From a candidate division FCPU426 bacterium (GTDB lineage Bacteria > Oederibacteriota > Muellerivitia > Muellerivitales > Muellerivitaceae): a DNA stretch of 64,000 nt. Of this stretch, positions 49,946-59,408 are shown in pieces. Made by a program: the position numbers and the translations under genes. Numbering within the stretch: the stretch's first letter is position 1; each line of letters starts with the position of its first letter. Below the pieces are notes generated by a model. The model was not told the DNA's origin. It was given only the letters and a program-made list of their open reading frames with translations, and searched no databases. Location: positions 544,001 through 608,000 of the forward strand of contig CAWCKJ010000003.1 in NCBI GenBank assembly GCA_963796105.1, in the 5' to 3' direction.

Positions 49946-50229
49946 CTTTGGCGTTCTTTCCGAACGGCTTCGATTTCATCGTTAATTTCCTTCAAGGACA
50001 TTTTAGAAGTGCCCTTGGCCACGGACCGGCTTTGCATTCTTTCCACCGCGATCATGGCCCTGACCTGGCGAAGGGCGGCCAGGGAATCCTCCATATCGTC
50101 TTCAGTAACAGCTGAAACAAGGGCAATCGGCTTTCCATTGGACGTTAATAGAAAGTCTTTCTCCTTGGCTAAGTCGCTCCAAACCTTACCGGACTTAGAG
50201 CGGAAATCACGGACTGACACGAACTTCAT
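49942..50229 (-). CDS. Phd/YefM-family antitoxin
   Basis: MKFVSVRDFRSK..LLTSNGKPIALV; overlaps the toxin start; GGAGG RBS. Confidence 0.85.
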   Translation of the reverse strand: MKFVSVRDFRSKSGKVWSDLAKEKDFLLTSNGKPIALVSAVTEDDMEDSLAALRQVRAMIAVERMQSRSVAKGTSKMSLKEINDEIEAVRKERQR

Positions 50230-50289
50230 AAAAGCCTCCTTCGATTGGATACCATTAGTGTACACATTTGGTACACAATCGGCAATGAT

Positions 50290-50862
50290 TTAGTAGGCGC
50301 CCGTGGTCTGCCTGTAGGCGTCCCAGAACCTGCCAGTAGGCGGCCGGGATCTGCTAGTAGGTGCAACCGTGCCGACGGTGGTTCCCGACTATGCCGACGG
50401 TAGTTTCAGGCTATGCCGACGGTGGCTCTTGACCATACCTACGGTAATTCCAGACCATGCCGACGGTGGCTCCCGACCTCATGAATACAGGACCCCCAAA
50501 TCGTGCCTACAGGACTTCCGGCCTAGCTATACGGAACTGGGTTATCGGTTTTCCGAATACTGGGTTGAGCCCCCCATACTGGTTTGTACTGGGTTGGGGC
50601 TTCCAATACTGGGTTGCGGGTTTCCCGAATACTGGGTTGTACTGGGTTGGGGCCTCCAATACTGGGTTGAGGGTTTCCCGAATACTGGGTTGTACTGGGT
50701 TGGGGCCTCCAATACTGGGTTGAGGGTTTTCCAACTACTGGGTTGTACTGGGTTGAGCCCTCCAATACTGGGTTGAGGGTTTTCCAAATACTGGGTTGTA
50801 CTGGGTTGGGGCCTCCAATACTGGGTTGAGGGTTTTCCAAATACTGATATGTACTGGGTTGG
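50290..50862. repeat. Left part of multi-family tandem repeat field (21-22 bp units, then 53-bp TACTGGGTTG units)
   Basis: GTAGG at 50293/50314/50336/50357; GCCGACGG-type units every 22 bp over 50371-50459; ACTGGGTT cores spaced 23+10+20. Confidence 0.9.
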
Positions 50863-51120
50863 TGTCACTGGCCAGCCACTTTAACCCCCCTGGCCGCCTA
50901 CTTTGCCCCCCCTCTTTTGGGCACTTCGAGGGGTGCCTGTTTCGGGGACTTCGACCCCTGCCTTGCGGGGCCTCTTTTTTAGATTAATTTAGACCCATCA
51001 AACTCCTTTCACAAGATGCGTTTTGCTTCCCCAACATTGGATGATACGAAGTCCCGCGCAAATCCCGTAACCAATAGGCGCAAGATTGCACGAATAAGAC
51101 AGCATCGAACGATGGGTTTC

Positions 51121-51900
51121 TCATAGTTTTGCCTCTTTTTCCCTGCTGTGTTCTTTTTTCATTTCTTCGCGCATGGAACGGGTCCGAAAGGAAGGGCCCT
51201 GAATGACGACGGCAGTGGCATGGTGGACCAGGCGGTCCATGGCAGCCGAGGCTAGGAGGGCGTCGCCGAAAAGCTCCGGCCACTCCCGCAGACTGCGGTT
51301 GGTGGTAAAAATCAAGGAGCCCTTTTCATAACGCTCACAGATGATGTCGTAAAAATCCTCGGCGACCTTGGTGTCGAAGGGCTTGAGACCCCAGTCGTCC
51401 AGGATCAAGAGGTCGGGTTTCAGGAAGGATGCGAATCGGTTTTCCCAGGTACCGTCCCCGCGCGAGGCCGCTAATCGTTGGGCCGCATGCGAGGTCTTGA
51501 TAAAGAGTACCTCATAACCCTTGCGGCAGACTTCATGGGCCAAAGCGCAGGCCAAATGGGTTTTGCCCACACCTGAGGGACCGATGAAAAATAGGTTCTC
51601 TTTTCGCTCCACGAAAGAACAAGTACCCAAATCCAGGATTTGTTGCCGGTTGATGGCCGGGTTGAAGGCGAAATCGAACCCCGTTAGAGTCATATGGGTT
51701 GAGAAGCCCGCCTTTTTCAGCCTTCTTTGGAGTTGGCCCACTTGGCGGCGCTCCAGCTCATCCAACAGCAACTGGCCCAGGAAATCCATATAACCGATCT
51801 GGGATTCAATGGCCTGCTGGTTTCGGATTTCCAGCGTCTCCAACATACCTGCGAGTTTTAACCTTCTCAGGTGCGGCTCCAACTGATGTTTATTTTCCAT
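51121..51900 (-). CDS. istB: IS21 helper ATPase
   Basis: GPSGVGKTHL, LLILDDWG, TTNR, AMDRLVHH, GPSFR. Confidence 0.95.
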   Translation of the reverse strand: MENKHQLEPHLRRLKLAGMLETLEIRNQQAIESQIGYMDFLGQLLLDELERRQVGQLQRRLKKAGFSTHMTLTGFDFAFNPAINRQQILDLGTCSFVERKENLFFIGPSGVGKTHLACALAHEVCRKGYEVLFIKTSHAAQRLAASRGDGTWENRFASFLKPDLLILDDWGLKPFDTKVAEDFYDIICERYEKGSLIFTTNRSLREWPELFGDALLASAAMDRLVHHATAVVIQGPSFRTRSMREEMKKEHSREKEAKL

Positions 51901-51913
51901 ATATGCTTCCTCC

Positions 51914-53470
51914 TCAATTTTTATCCAGAGCCAAGGCACGGAGGAAATCCTCCGCGGGCCGGGCGAAATCGAAAGACGACTGGGGTTTGAGTGAAGGATC
52001 CGACGGCGGGTCCAACGGGTTTTGATCGAGGTTCTTTTGAAGGATGTTTTTGATGGATTGGTACGTGTAGTTTCCGAAATGGAGGGCCCTTAGACAGGCT
52101 GCCTCCAGACGGGAAGGCAGGTACTTTTCCCTCAAGCGCAGAATGCCCTGGGCTTTGCGCAGATGGTCCAGGGGGTGGGAGTGTTCCAGCAGGAGTTGGA
52201 TTAATTGATGGGTATTAGGTCCAATGGCCTGGGCCTGTTTGAGGCACCATTGTGGGGTTCGTTCCAAGAAGACCGCTTTTTCAGGGGGATAGTGGCCCGG
52301 GTTGGTGCGCCAGGTTCCCTTGCGTGTGGCCTTGGCGTGGGAAGCCACGCATTCGTGTTTGAGAAATATATCAACGGTGGTGTCGGTTAATTGGGCCAGT
52401 AGTTTTTGGCCCCGAAGACGGTAGGGAGCCGAGTAATAGGAACCTTCCACGACTACGTGGCAATCGGGGTGCAGAGTGGCTTCTTTGAAGAAAGTTGGAT
52501 GGTAAGCCGCGGTAGGCAGGGGCAAAAGGGCCTTCTGTTCCACGCTCTGGAAGACGGCCAAGGGTTGAAGCCGGGTGGTGCCATGATCCCGTAAACCTGC
52601 CTTGTTCATCACCCAATCGCGGAGTTGATGGTTGGCATCGGTGCGGCCCTGGAAGGAACGACCCTTGAAGAAGGAATTACGGACATAGGGCACGCCGCGT
52701 TCAACTTTACCCTTGTGGCGTGGAGTGGCGACGCGGCAAGGGGAGATGATGAAGCCGTAATGGTTGGCGCATTCCACGTAGGTACGGTTGGCCAAGGGAT
52801 CATAGAGGGCCGCCTTGACGATGGCGCTTTTCAGGTTATCGATTACGATTTTTTTAGGGACTGAATTGAAGAACTCGAAAGCCCGGCGGTGGCAGGCGAT
52901 CCAGGTTCTCACGTCCTGTGCGAATACAATCTCGGCGTACATATGCCGGGAATGGGAAAGGGTCATCACGAAAACCCAGGCCTTGGCTTGCTTGCCACGC
53001 GTCTCGTCCCACAAGCGGCCCAAAAGCCCGAAATCCACTTGGGCCTCCTCGCCGGGCGCAACCTCCAGCCTCACGTAGGCGGGTTTCTCATTGCGAAAAG
53101 GCTCCGTATACCTCTTCAGGGTCGAGTAACTCCCCTTCCACCCGTGCCGCTCTTGAAGCATCTCCTGGATGCGAATCAAGGTGAAATCTTCCTTCAACCA
53201 TTCTTGGATGATTCCCTTGAGGGCCTCCAAGGCATGAGCGGGAACGGGCGTGGATTTTTCGCCGTCTTCCCAAGCCTTCGCCAAATCCTTTTCCAGGGGA
53301 AGTTCCCCTTGGAGAAAGCCATGTTCTTTCGCCCAACGCACGTATTGCTTGACCGTGTGCTTATTGCATCCCAGGGCCCGGGCAGTGGGTTTGAACCCGC
53401 CCAAGGCCTGGTAAGTCCTCAAAATCTCACGAATAGTCGCCATGTCGCTCTGCCTCCCTTGTCGGGTCAT
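51914..53470 (-). CDS. istA: IS21 DDE transposase
   Basis: PGEEAQVDFG, LSHSR, DNLKSA, KGKVERGV, YYSAP. Confidence 0.95.
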   Translation of the reverse strand: MTRQGRQSDMATIREILRTYQALGGFKPTARALGCNKHTVKQYVRWAKEHGFLQGELPLEKDLAKAWEDGEKSTPVPAHALEALKGIIQEWLKEDFTLIRIQEMLQERHGWKGSYSTLKRYTEPFRNEKPAYVRLEVAPGEEAQVDFGLLGRLWDETRGKQAKAWVFVMTLSHSRHMYAEIVFAQDVRTWIACHRRAFEFFNSVPKKIVIDNLKSAIVKAALYDPLANRTYVECANHYGFIISPCRVATPRHKGKVERGVPYVRNSFFKGRSFQGRTDANHQLRDWVMNKAGLRDHGTTRLQPLAVFQSVEQKALLPLPTAAYHPTFFKEATLHPDCHVVVEGSYYSAPYRLRGQKLLAQLTDTTVDIFLKHECVASHAKATRKGTWRTNPGHYPPEKAVFLERTPQWCLKQAQAIGPNTHQLIQLLLEHSHPLDHLRKAQGILRLREKYLPSRLEAACLRALHFGNYTYQSIKNILQKNLDQNPLDPPSDPSLKPQSSFDFARPAEDFLRALALDKN

Positions 53471-53633
53471 GCCGTTCTCCTCACATGAAGTGAAAAAAGA
53501 AAGGAATGACGGTTAGAGAGGCCCTTGGCAAGGGGGTCAAAGTCGGTGGCCAGACAGGGGGTCAAAGTGACTGGCCAGAGGTGGGGTCAAAGTGCTTGGC
53601 CAGCTAGGGGGTTAAAGCTCGCGGCCAATGACA

Positions 53634-54530
53634 GTTGGGGCTTCCAATACTGGGTTGAGGGTTTTCCAAATACTGGGTTGTACTGGGTTGAGGCTTCCAA
53701 TACTGGGTTGCGGGTTTTCCAAATACTGGGTTGTACTGGGTTGGGCCTCCAATACTGGGTTGAGGGTTTTCCAAATACTAGGTTGTACTGGGTTGGGCCT
53801 CCAATACTGGGTTGTGGAATCCTGAAACCTTGGAACTGGCTTGGAACCACGGAAATCACGGCTCCGGCCAACGAAAACCACGGCACCGGATGGCGGAAAT
53901 CTCGACGTCGGACGACGGAAAGCCCGTCACCGGACGATGGAAATCCCGCACCGGACGGTGGAAATCCCGACATCGGATGGCGGGAACCCCCTCCACGTAT
54001 GGTGGAAATCCCGATTCTGCGGTCAGGACTCCCGACACTTGCGGGCAGGGCATCCAGCATCTGTGGACAGGCTTCCGACACCTGCGGGCAGGGCTTTCGG
54101 CACATGCGGGCAGGGTTTCTCGTCACCGGACGGCGGAATATCCAGTGGTGATTCGCGCAATACCCCCAAAACTCTTTTAAAAAAGCATCCTGCCCAGCGG
54201 CTGTGCAAAACCCATTTTTCCGAGGAAGTTTTGTCCCGCCACGGGACAATATTGTCACGTTAATTGGTTTAAACCCGAAATTTTGTCCCTCGGCGGTACA
54301 AATAACACCCAAGGGGTCCCAATCAAGCAACTTTTGGGCAATCGCGCAACTTCCCAATCGATTCGCGCAAGGTTGAATCGCGCAACCCTTCTATGGACTC
54401 AGGGCTGGCATCCAATCGCATGATTCTTAGCTTCTAGTCTTTACCCTGCGACGGGGCAAAATGTCGCCGAGAAACACTGCCATGTCGCCGGTAAACCGGA
54501 TATGTCGCGTGGAAAACCCAAAACTCCATT
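53634..54530. repeat. Right part of the tandem repeat field
   Basis: TACTGGGTTG units continue to ~53815; then ~21-22 bp GGAAATC/CCGGAC and TGCGGGCAGG families; then ATCGCGCAA and ATGTCGC clusters. Confidence 0.8.
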
Positions 54531-54580
54531 GGGAAATCCAATCCAGGCTGAACCCTTAGTTCCCGGCAATAGGTGCCCAT

Positions 54581-56707
54581 TTAATGTATTGGTTTTTTAT
54601 TGAAAAAAGATTGAGACTGCGCCGCTAGGGTGTCGAGCTCTTGAAGGGTTTGAGGCGAGGGACGATACATTGAATCCCATTCTCCCGCATCTAAAAAAGT
54701 TTTTTTAGCTTCCGAATAACGTCCGGCTTTTAATAAAATTTTTCCTAAATTGCTGTTCACAATACCATTGGTTCCATATTGCAGGGCTTTTTGGAACGCA
54801 GGAAGGGCCATATCATATTGTTTGTTCCAATAGTAAATATTCGCCAGCTTACCCCAATAATAAAAAGAGAGGAAAGGTTTGCCTTGGAAAAGAGATTCCC
54901 GGTCTCGAAGGAATCGGATTATATCCTCATAGGATTTGCTTAATGGATGGTTGAATAACATATAATCCGTCTCCCGTAGGATTTGATTGGTTTCACTCCA
55001 ATCTTCTAGAATTTTTCTATTATCGGACGTGAGAGGAATAAAAGCCCCAAGGCCGGAATCGACATGTGCAGCACCGTACAATTCAATAAAAGCGATACCT
55101 GTAAATATTTTGGACAAAAGATTCCTACAACTATCATCCGCAATGATAGCGGCCCAAGAATCTTTACCAGGGTCTAAAGACGGATTGACAAGCGAATTAA
55201 AGGAATAGGTGCCAACGGTCAAATATGCCGGCAACCATTCATTCATGCAAAAATCTGAGTAAATGTGGCCAGGACCATAATGGGCATTTTGTTTTGAAAG
55301 ATTCTGGCAAAGTAAAACCATTGGATTCAAGTCGGAAAAATTTCTGTTTGTATTATCAATAGTTTTCGCAAAAGCGTTGGTATCTAAGCTGATGGATACG
55401 GAAAATACTAACCCAATAAATAAAAGCTTGATCGAATCATTAGGCAAACTCTCCAAGACTTTAAAAAATCCCAAAATTATAGTGACAATCAATATGGGTA
55501 ATAATGGTGCTAAATGATAACCAATATTGCTATTGGCCAATAAGCAAGGTAGGAAAAAAACAGCGGAACTAACAGCAATCCATTTTGCCATTGGATGATG
55601 ACGAATACGCCACCATTCCGCAGTTCCGATGAAAAAAAAGCTTCCCAGAATGGGATTAAAAAGTCCACCCCATCCCGAGTAATAATAATAACTGCAAGCG
55701 TAATTTTTAGGCCAACTCGTCCAAAATAAGTTCGTGAAACAAAAAGCATTCTGCCAGAAATGCCAATGTACCGCTTCATTGCCTGTTTGGTTGAAGACTA
55801 ATAGCTTCCAAATATATGCACCAAAATTTTCCCTATAAGCCTCTATACCCAGGGGCAAAGTCGTTAAAAAAAACGCCAATAGACAAAAAACAAAGTCCCA
55901 TTTCGCACGAAACCGTGAATGAAGAAAGTACCACCCAAGAGTGAGAATGATGCATATAGCTATCAGAGGCCAAGCGAAATAAGTGTAAAAGCCAACCCCT
56001 AGTAGAATTCCCAAGAAAATCCAAAGTAGAGCATGCTTACGCGAAGGGTCCGCCTTAAATAATTTAGCAAGTATCCAAAAAGCCAGGGCTTGGCAAGTAA
56101 CCATAAGGCCGTCTTCGCAAGAAAAGTACCCGAGGAAAACCGGCCAAAAACTGAAACCTAATAAAAGAAGACATGAAAAAGAAAAAAATCTTGAGAAAAA
56201 CGCTCGAAAAGCCAAGTAATTAAAAATCACGCTTAAGAAGGAAAAAATTGCAGGGACCAGCCAAAGGATCAAGAAAGAGAAATCAAAGAATTTAATGGCA
56301 ACGGTCAAAAACCAAATATAAAGTGCCGGAATTTGGTGGGAGCGGATGAATAAGTTCCAACTCCAATGGCTATTTAAGTGGATGGCGCAGTAGGCATTCT
56401 CGATTTCATCTACAACCGGAAAAGACAGGGACGAGTTTACGATAAATAGACGAAGAGCCAAAGCCAACCCAAAGGTTAAAGCAACCCATCCCGTTGTTGG
56501 GAAAAAATAATCCCGGGAGAATAAGGGTTGTTCCTTAGACAAAACCGGAGTCTGTTTTTTTATTAAGGCCCAACCCAGAGCACCAAAACCAAGGAGCCCC
56601 CCCAGCTTGATGCGCCAATCTAATTCTGAGTAAGCCAACAAGCTGTTAAGGCCCACCAGGAGTAAGAAAATGACGGTTTGTTTGTTTGTTTTGATAAGTA
56701 TTGGCAA
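54581..56707 (-). CDS. GT-C-fold (PMT/ArnT-like) membrane glycosyltransferase with C-terminal TPR
   Basis: Many TM segments, VVDE motif in the first loop, GFYTY; TPR tail; visibly AT-richer than its flanks; start uncertain. Confidence 0.7.
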   Translation of the reverse strand: MPILIKTNKQTVIFLLLVGLNSLLAYSELDWRIKLGGLLGFGALGWALIKKQTPVLSKEQPLFSRDYFFPTTGWVALTFGLALALRLFIVNSSLSFPVVDEIENAYCAIHLNSHWSWNLFIRSHQIPALYIWFLTVAIKFFDFSFLILWLVPAIFSFLSVIFNYLAFRAFFSRFFSFSCLLLLGFSFWPVFLGYFSCEDGLMVTCQALAFWILAKLFKADPSRKHALLWIFLGILLGVGFYTYFAWPLIAICIILTLGWYFLHSRFRAKWDFVFCLLAFFLTTLPLGIEAYRENFGAYIWKLLVFNQTGNEAVHWHFWQNAFCFTNLFWTSWPKNYACSYYYYSGWGGLFNPILGSFFFIGTAEWWRIRHHPMAKWIAVSSAVFFLPCLLANSNIGYHLAPLLPILIVTIILGFFKVLESLPNDSIKLLFIGLVFSVSISLDTNAFAKTIDNTNRNFSDLNPMVLLCQNLSKQNAHYGPGHIYSDFCMNEWLPAYLTVGTYSFNSLVNPSLDPGKDSWAAIIADDSCRNLLSKIFTGIAFIELYGAAHVDSGLGAFIPLTSDNRKILEDWSETNQILRETDYMLFNHPLSKSYEDIIRFLRDRESLFQGKPFLSFYYWGKLANIYYWNKQYDMALPAFQKALQYGTNGIVNSNLGKILLKAGRYSEAKKTFLDAGEWDSMYRPSPQTLQELDTLAAQSQSFFNKKPIH

Positions 56708-56844
56708 GATTAATTCCTTATCTAAAAAAGCATTTATCTTCTGTCTTTTCCGGCCGTCAGAAATTAAGTTGGTTTAAGATAAATTCGCAATTTAATATTT
56801 CTTAAGAAATTCTGCTCACAAAGTTCTCGTAGAATACTTTTAAA

Positions 56845-56923
56845 TTATACATCCCGGCCTTTGAGCCAAAACCAAAGGGTTCCAACTAGGCCGAAGCCAG
56901 TGGCGGTAAAAAGGTTCAATTCC
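56845..56923 (-). pseudogene. Stranded diverged copy of the MFS gene 3' end
   Basis: Encodes ELNLFTATGFGLVGTLWFWLKGRDV*, versus ...GLIGT... at 57246-57324. Confidence 0.9.
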
Positions 56924-56967
56924 AAAAAAGGTGATTATCCTTAATAAGCCACATTGGTTTTTCATTA

Positions 56968-57114
56968 TCACTTGGGTTCTAAAAGAATTTTCTTCCACAA
57001 AGGAATTATCGGAATCTTTTTTCCATTGATCGTCTTTACCCCCTCCTGCTCAAGGGTTAGAATGCCTCCCTTTTTAACGCCCAAATTGGAAATAACCACC
57101 AACAGACCTTTTAT
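56968..57114 (-). pseudogene. C-terminal remnant of a COG1373-like (AAA_14/DUF4143) ATPase
   Basis: IKGLLVVISNLGVKKGGILTLEQEGVKTINGKKIPIIPLWKKILLEPK*; recognised by pattern only. Confidence 0.55.
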
Positions 57115-57245
57115 TAACCAGTTCTACAATGTAAACACTTTTAGCAATAATCGTTTACATTGTAATATCACCATCTATTCCCTCCAGGACCACTTTCCCC
57201 TCTCACGGGCATTGTCTTTATCCCAAAGAAAGTTCTTAAATTCAC

Positions 57246-58448
57246 TCAAACATCCCGGCCTTTGAGCCAAAACCAAAGGGTTCCGATCAGGCCGAAGCCA
57301 GTAGCAGTAAATAGATTCAATTCCGGGCTAAATGCCCAAAGAAAAGCTCCCCCTAACGCGGCAAGCGACACGATCGTGTCCCTTAAAAGATAATAAAGGC
57401 CGAACATTCCGGCCTTTTGATCCTGCGGAGCCAATTCCAAGATAAGGGCTTTGCGGGCCGGTTCCCCGAATTCCTTTAATCCCCTCAAGACAAACACCAA
57501 TGCCAGCCACCAGAACGAACGGCTGAAATAAAGACAGAGGGGGAATGCCGTGAAAAAGAAAAAGGTCATCAAGACAAAGGGTCGTTTCCCAGCTTGATCT
57601 ACCATTCGGGCGACCGGAAGATAAACCAGAAAGGCAGTCCCCATTTCAATAGCCGTCAGGGTTCCGAAATCAAAAGCTGTCACCGGATGGGTTATTTCCT
57701 TCATGCACCAAAGAATGACAAAGGGGTAGGGTATCTGCTCACAGAACCGGATGAGAATATCCGAAACCAAAAGGCTTCTTAAATCTGGAACCATCTTGCT
57801 AAACAACTTGAAAGGGTTGCCAATCGCCTTACCCTCTCCCTTCCCCGCTTCTCCCATCAAGGCCCATAGGACACCCGATCCTATTAGGCACATAACCAGG
57901 GCCAGGTAAAAGGCCATCCGGACCCCGTCCTTATCCCCATAGACCCCTATGAGGTAACCGCATAGGAGCGGTCCCACAGCCATTGGCACCCGTCTAACCA
58001 AGGAATGTAGGGCGACCCCCATTGTGTGTTTGCTGGAGGGCATGACCTTGGAAACCAGGCTCATGGCGGGTGGCAAGGAAACAGCGGACCAAGTGAGGAA
58101 TAAAACCGCACCAGCCACCGCAAAAACCCAGTGGGGGGCAAAGATGGCCAAAAGGTAACCCAACACCGCCAGCAAGGTGTAAAAAAGAAGGGTGTTTCGG
58201 GGACCGAACTTTTCAGAGATCCACCCAGCAGGAAAAGAAGAAAAAGCCGAAAGAAGGTTCTGGAAGAAATTCAGCGTTCCAATCGCGAAGATGCCGCCGC
58301 CCAGGGCGATAAGGTAGATAGGCAAAAACCTCTCGCCCATGCGCTCTCCCAGGCCGACCAGCATGGTGAGGATCAGCAGGCCAACTATGCTTTTCCGAAG
58401 ACCCAAAAACTCAACGATTCTCTCTTTTATTCCCCGGCTCTCTGCCAT
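57246..58448 (-). CDS. MFS transporter
   Basis: 12-TM pattern; GWISEKFGPR and RMVDQAGKRP motif-A-like loops. Confidence 0.88.
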   Translation of the reverse strand: MAESRGIKERIVEFLGLRKSIVGLLILTMLVGLGERMGERFLPIYLIALGGGIFAIGTLNFFQNLLSAFSSFPAGWISEKFGPRNTLLFYTLLAVLGYLLAIFAPHWVFAVAGAVLFLTWSAVSLPPAMSLVSKVMPSSKHTMGVALHSLVRRVPMAVGPLLCGYLIGVYGDKDGVRMAFYLALVMCLIGSGVLWALMGEAGKGEGKAIGNPFKLFSKMVPDLRSLLVSDILIRFCEQIPYPFVILWCMKEITHPVTAFDFGTLTAIEMGTAFLVYLPVARMVDQAGKRPFVLMTFFFFTAFPLCLYFSRSFWWLALVFVLRGLKEFGEPARKALILELAPQDQKAGMFGLYYLLRDTIVSLAALGGAFLWAFSPELNLFTATGFGLIGTLWFWLKGRDV

Positions 58449-58680
58449 TGATGCAAACTCCTTTTAAGGAACAACCTCAGCAAATCTTTTTGCCACGGAT
58501 GCAGGGGATTCATGGAATAAAATCCAAAAATACCCAAACATGGCTGATATGAACCGGTATTCCGAACCACGTAAAAAAAGTTTTTCCGATGGTCAAGAAT
58601 CCGCTTCATAGCCTTCGGCTAGGGTTGTTCAACCCTCTGCCACGCCTAAAAGCCTTTAAGCCATCCCTTGCATCCCATGA

Positions 58681-58908
58681 ATCCGTGGCTAAAACTTCTT
58701 TTGATTTTATCTTGTTTATTACGAAATCTGCGCCAAGTTAAGAACAGCCTGGTAACGGCTTTCCAACCTCCTTCTTAAGAACCGGTTCTCTTCCCGAACA
58801 AGGCCTGGGTCCTTGGTCACCAGGGCCTGAGCACCCCTTCTCGCTTCCTCCACCACATCCACATCCCTCTTCAAGTCCACAATCCTGCCTTCCCTGCGCC
58901 CCGACTGG
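58681..58908 (-). pseudogene. Stranded diverged copy of the recG 3' end and downstream DNA (direct repeat of 59945..60172)
   Basis: Last 62 codons of recG, 59/62 aa identical, about 17 synonymous codon differences. Confidence 0.92.
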
Positions 58909-59030
58909 TTTATCAGGACAAAAAGAAAAACCCCGCAAAAGCCTTATCCAGCTTGAGCGAGGTTCGTTTTCGGTTCGAGTGTCAGACATCAAATTTTCTG
59001 CCTTTTTTCACTTCCCCGTCATATGCATAG

Positions 59031-59369
59031 TTATCGAATATTATGTTTTCTCGCCTTTTCAATCTCATTAACAAATTCCACACGGTCTTTTGCGCTATCC
59101 CTTAGTCCCATGCCAAGAACCTTTTGTGCATGAGGCTGAATAGCCTTCATAAACGCCTGCCATTTAGGGTCGTTCGATTGCAGGTCTTGTGCTATCGCCC
59201 GGTCAATAGCTTCACGGGCATACGAGGAAAAATCCTCTACTTTTAGTTCCCGCATGGCCTTAAACCAATACTGCCTTTGCCGTGGGTCAACCCGGAACCG
59301 AAGCATAGCCTCTTTGCGCACCGCATGCGCCGCTTGTTCCCGCTTGGAATACTTTACTAATGTTTTCAT
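59031..59369 (-). CDS. Putative ribbon-helix-helix antitoxin
   Basis: KEAMLRFRVDPRQRQYW..A......FSSYAREAIDRA; GGAGG RBS; upstream palindrome TGTAGCTACA. Confidence 0.55.
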   Translation of the reverse strand: MKTLVKYSKREQAAHAVRKEAMLRFRVDPRQRQYWFKAMRELKVEDFSSYAREAIDRAIAQDLQSNDPKWQAFMKAIQPHAQKVLGMGLRDSAKDRVEFVNEIEKARKHNIR

Positions 59370-59408
59370 CGTGCCCTCCATGACCTAATTGTAGCTACAT
59401 CGTTGCCA

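Larger units (their letters stand above)
50863..53633 (-). mobile_element. Complete IS21-family insertion sequence (2771 bp)
   Basis: TGTCA...TGACA ends, several internal TGGCCA-N3-ACTTTRACCCC repeats, 5-bp target duplication GTTGG (50858-50862 / 53634-53638). Confidence 0.95.

Noticed and set aside
50369..50987. Overlapping ORFs in the left repeat field
   Set aside because: Open frames on both strands come from a stop-poor 53-bp unit that is not a multiple of 3; no RBS or family motif
53525..54357. 208-aa and 256-aa ORFs to the right of istA
   Set aside because: They cross the IS21 end and repeat units, so they are composites of non-coding sequence
50290..54530. CRISPR array
   Set aside because: Intervals between cores are short and themselves repeated, there are no unique 30-40 bp spacers, and no cas genes are in the window
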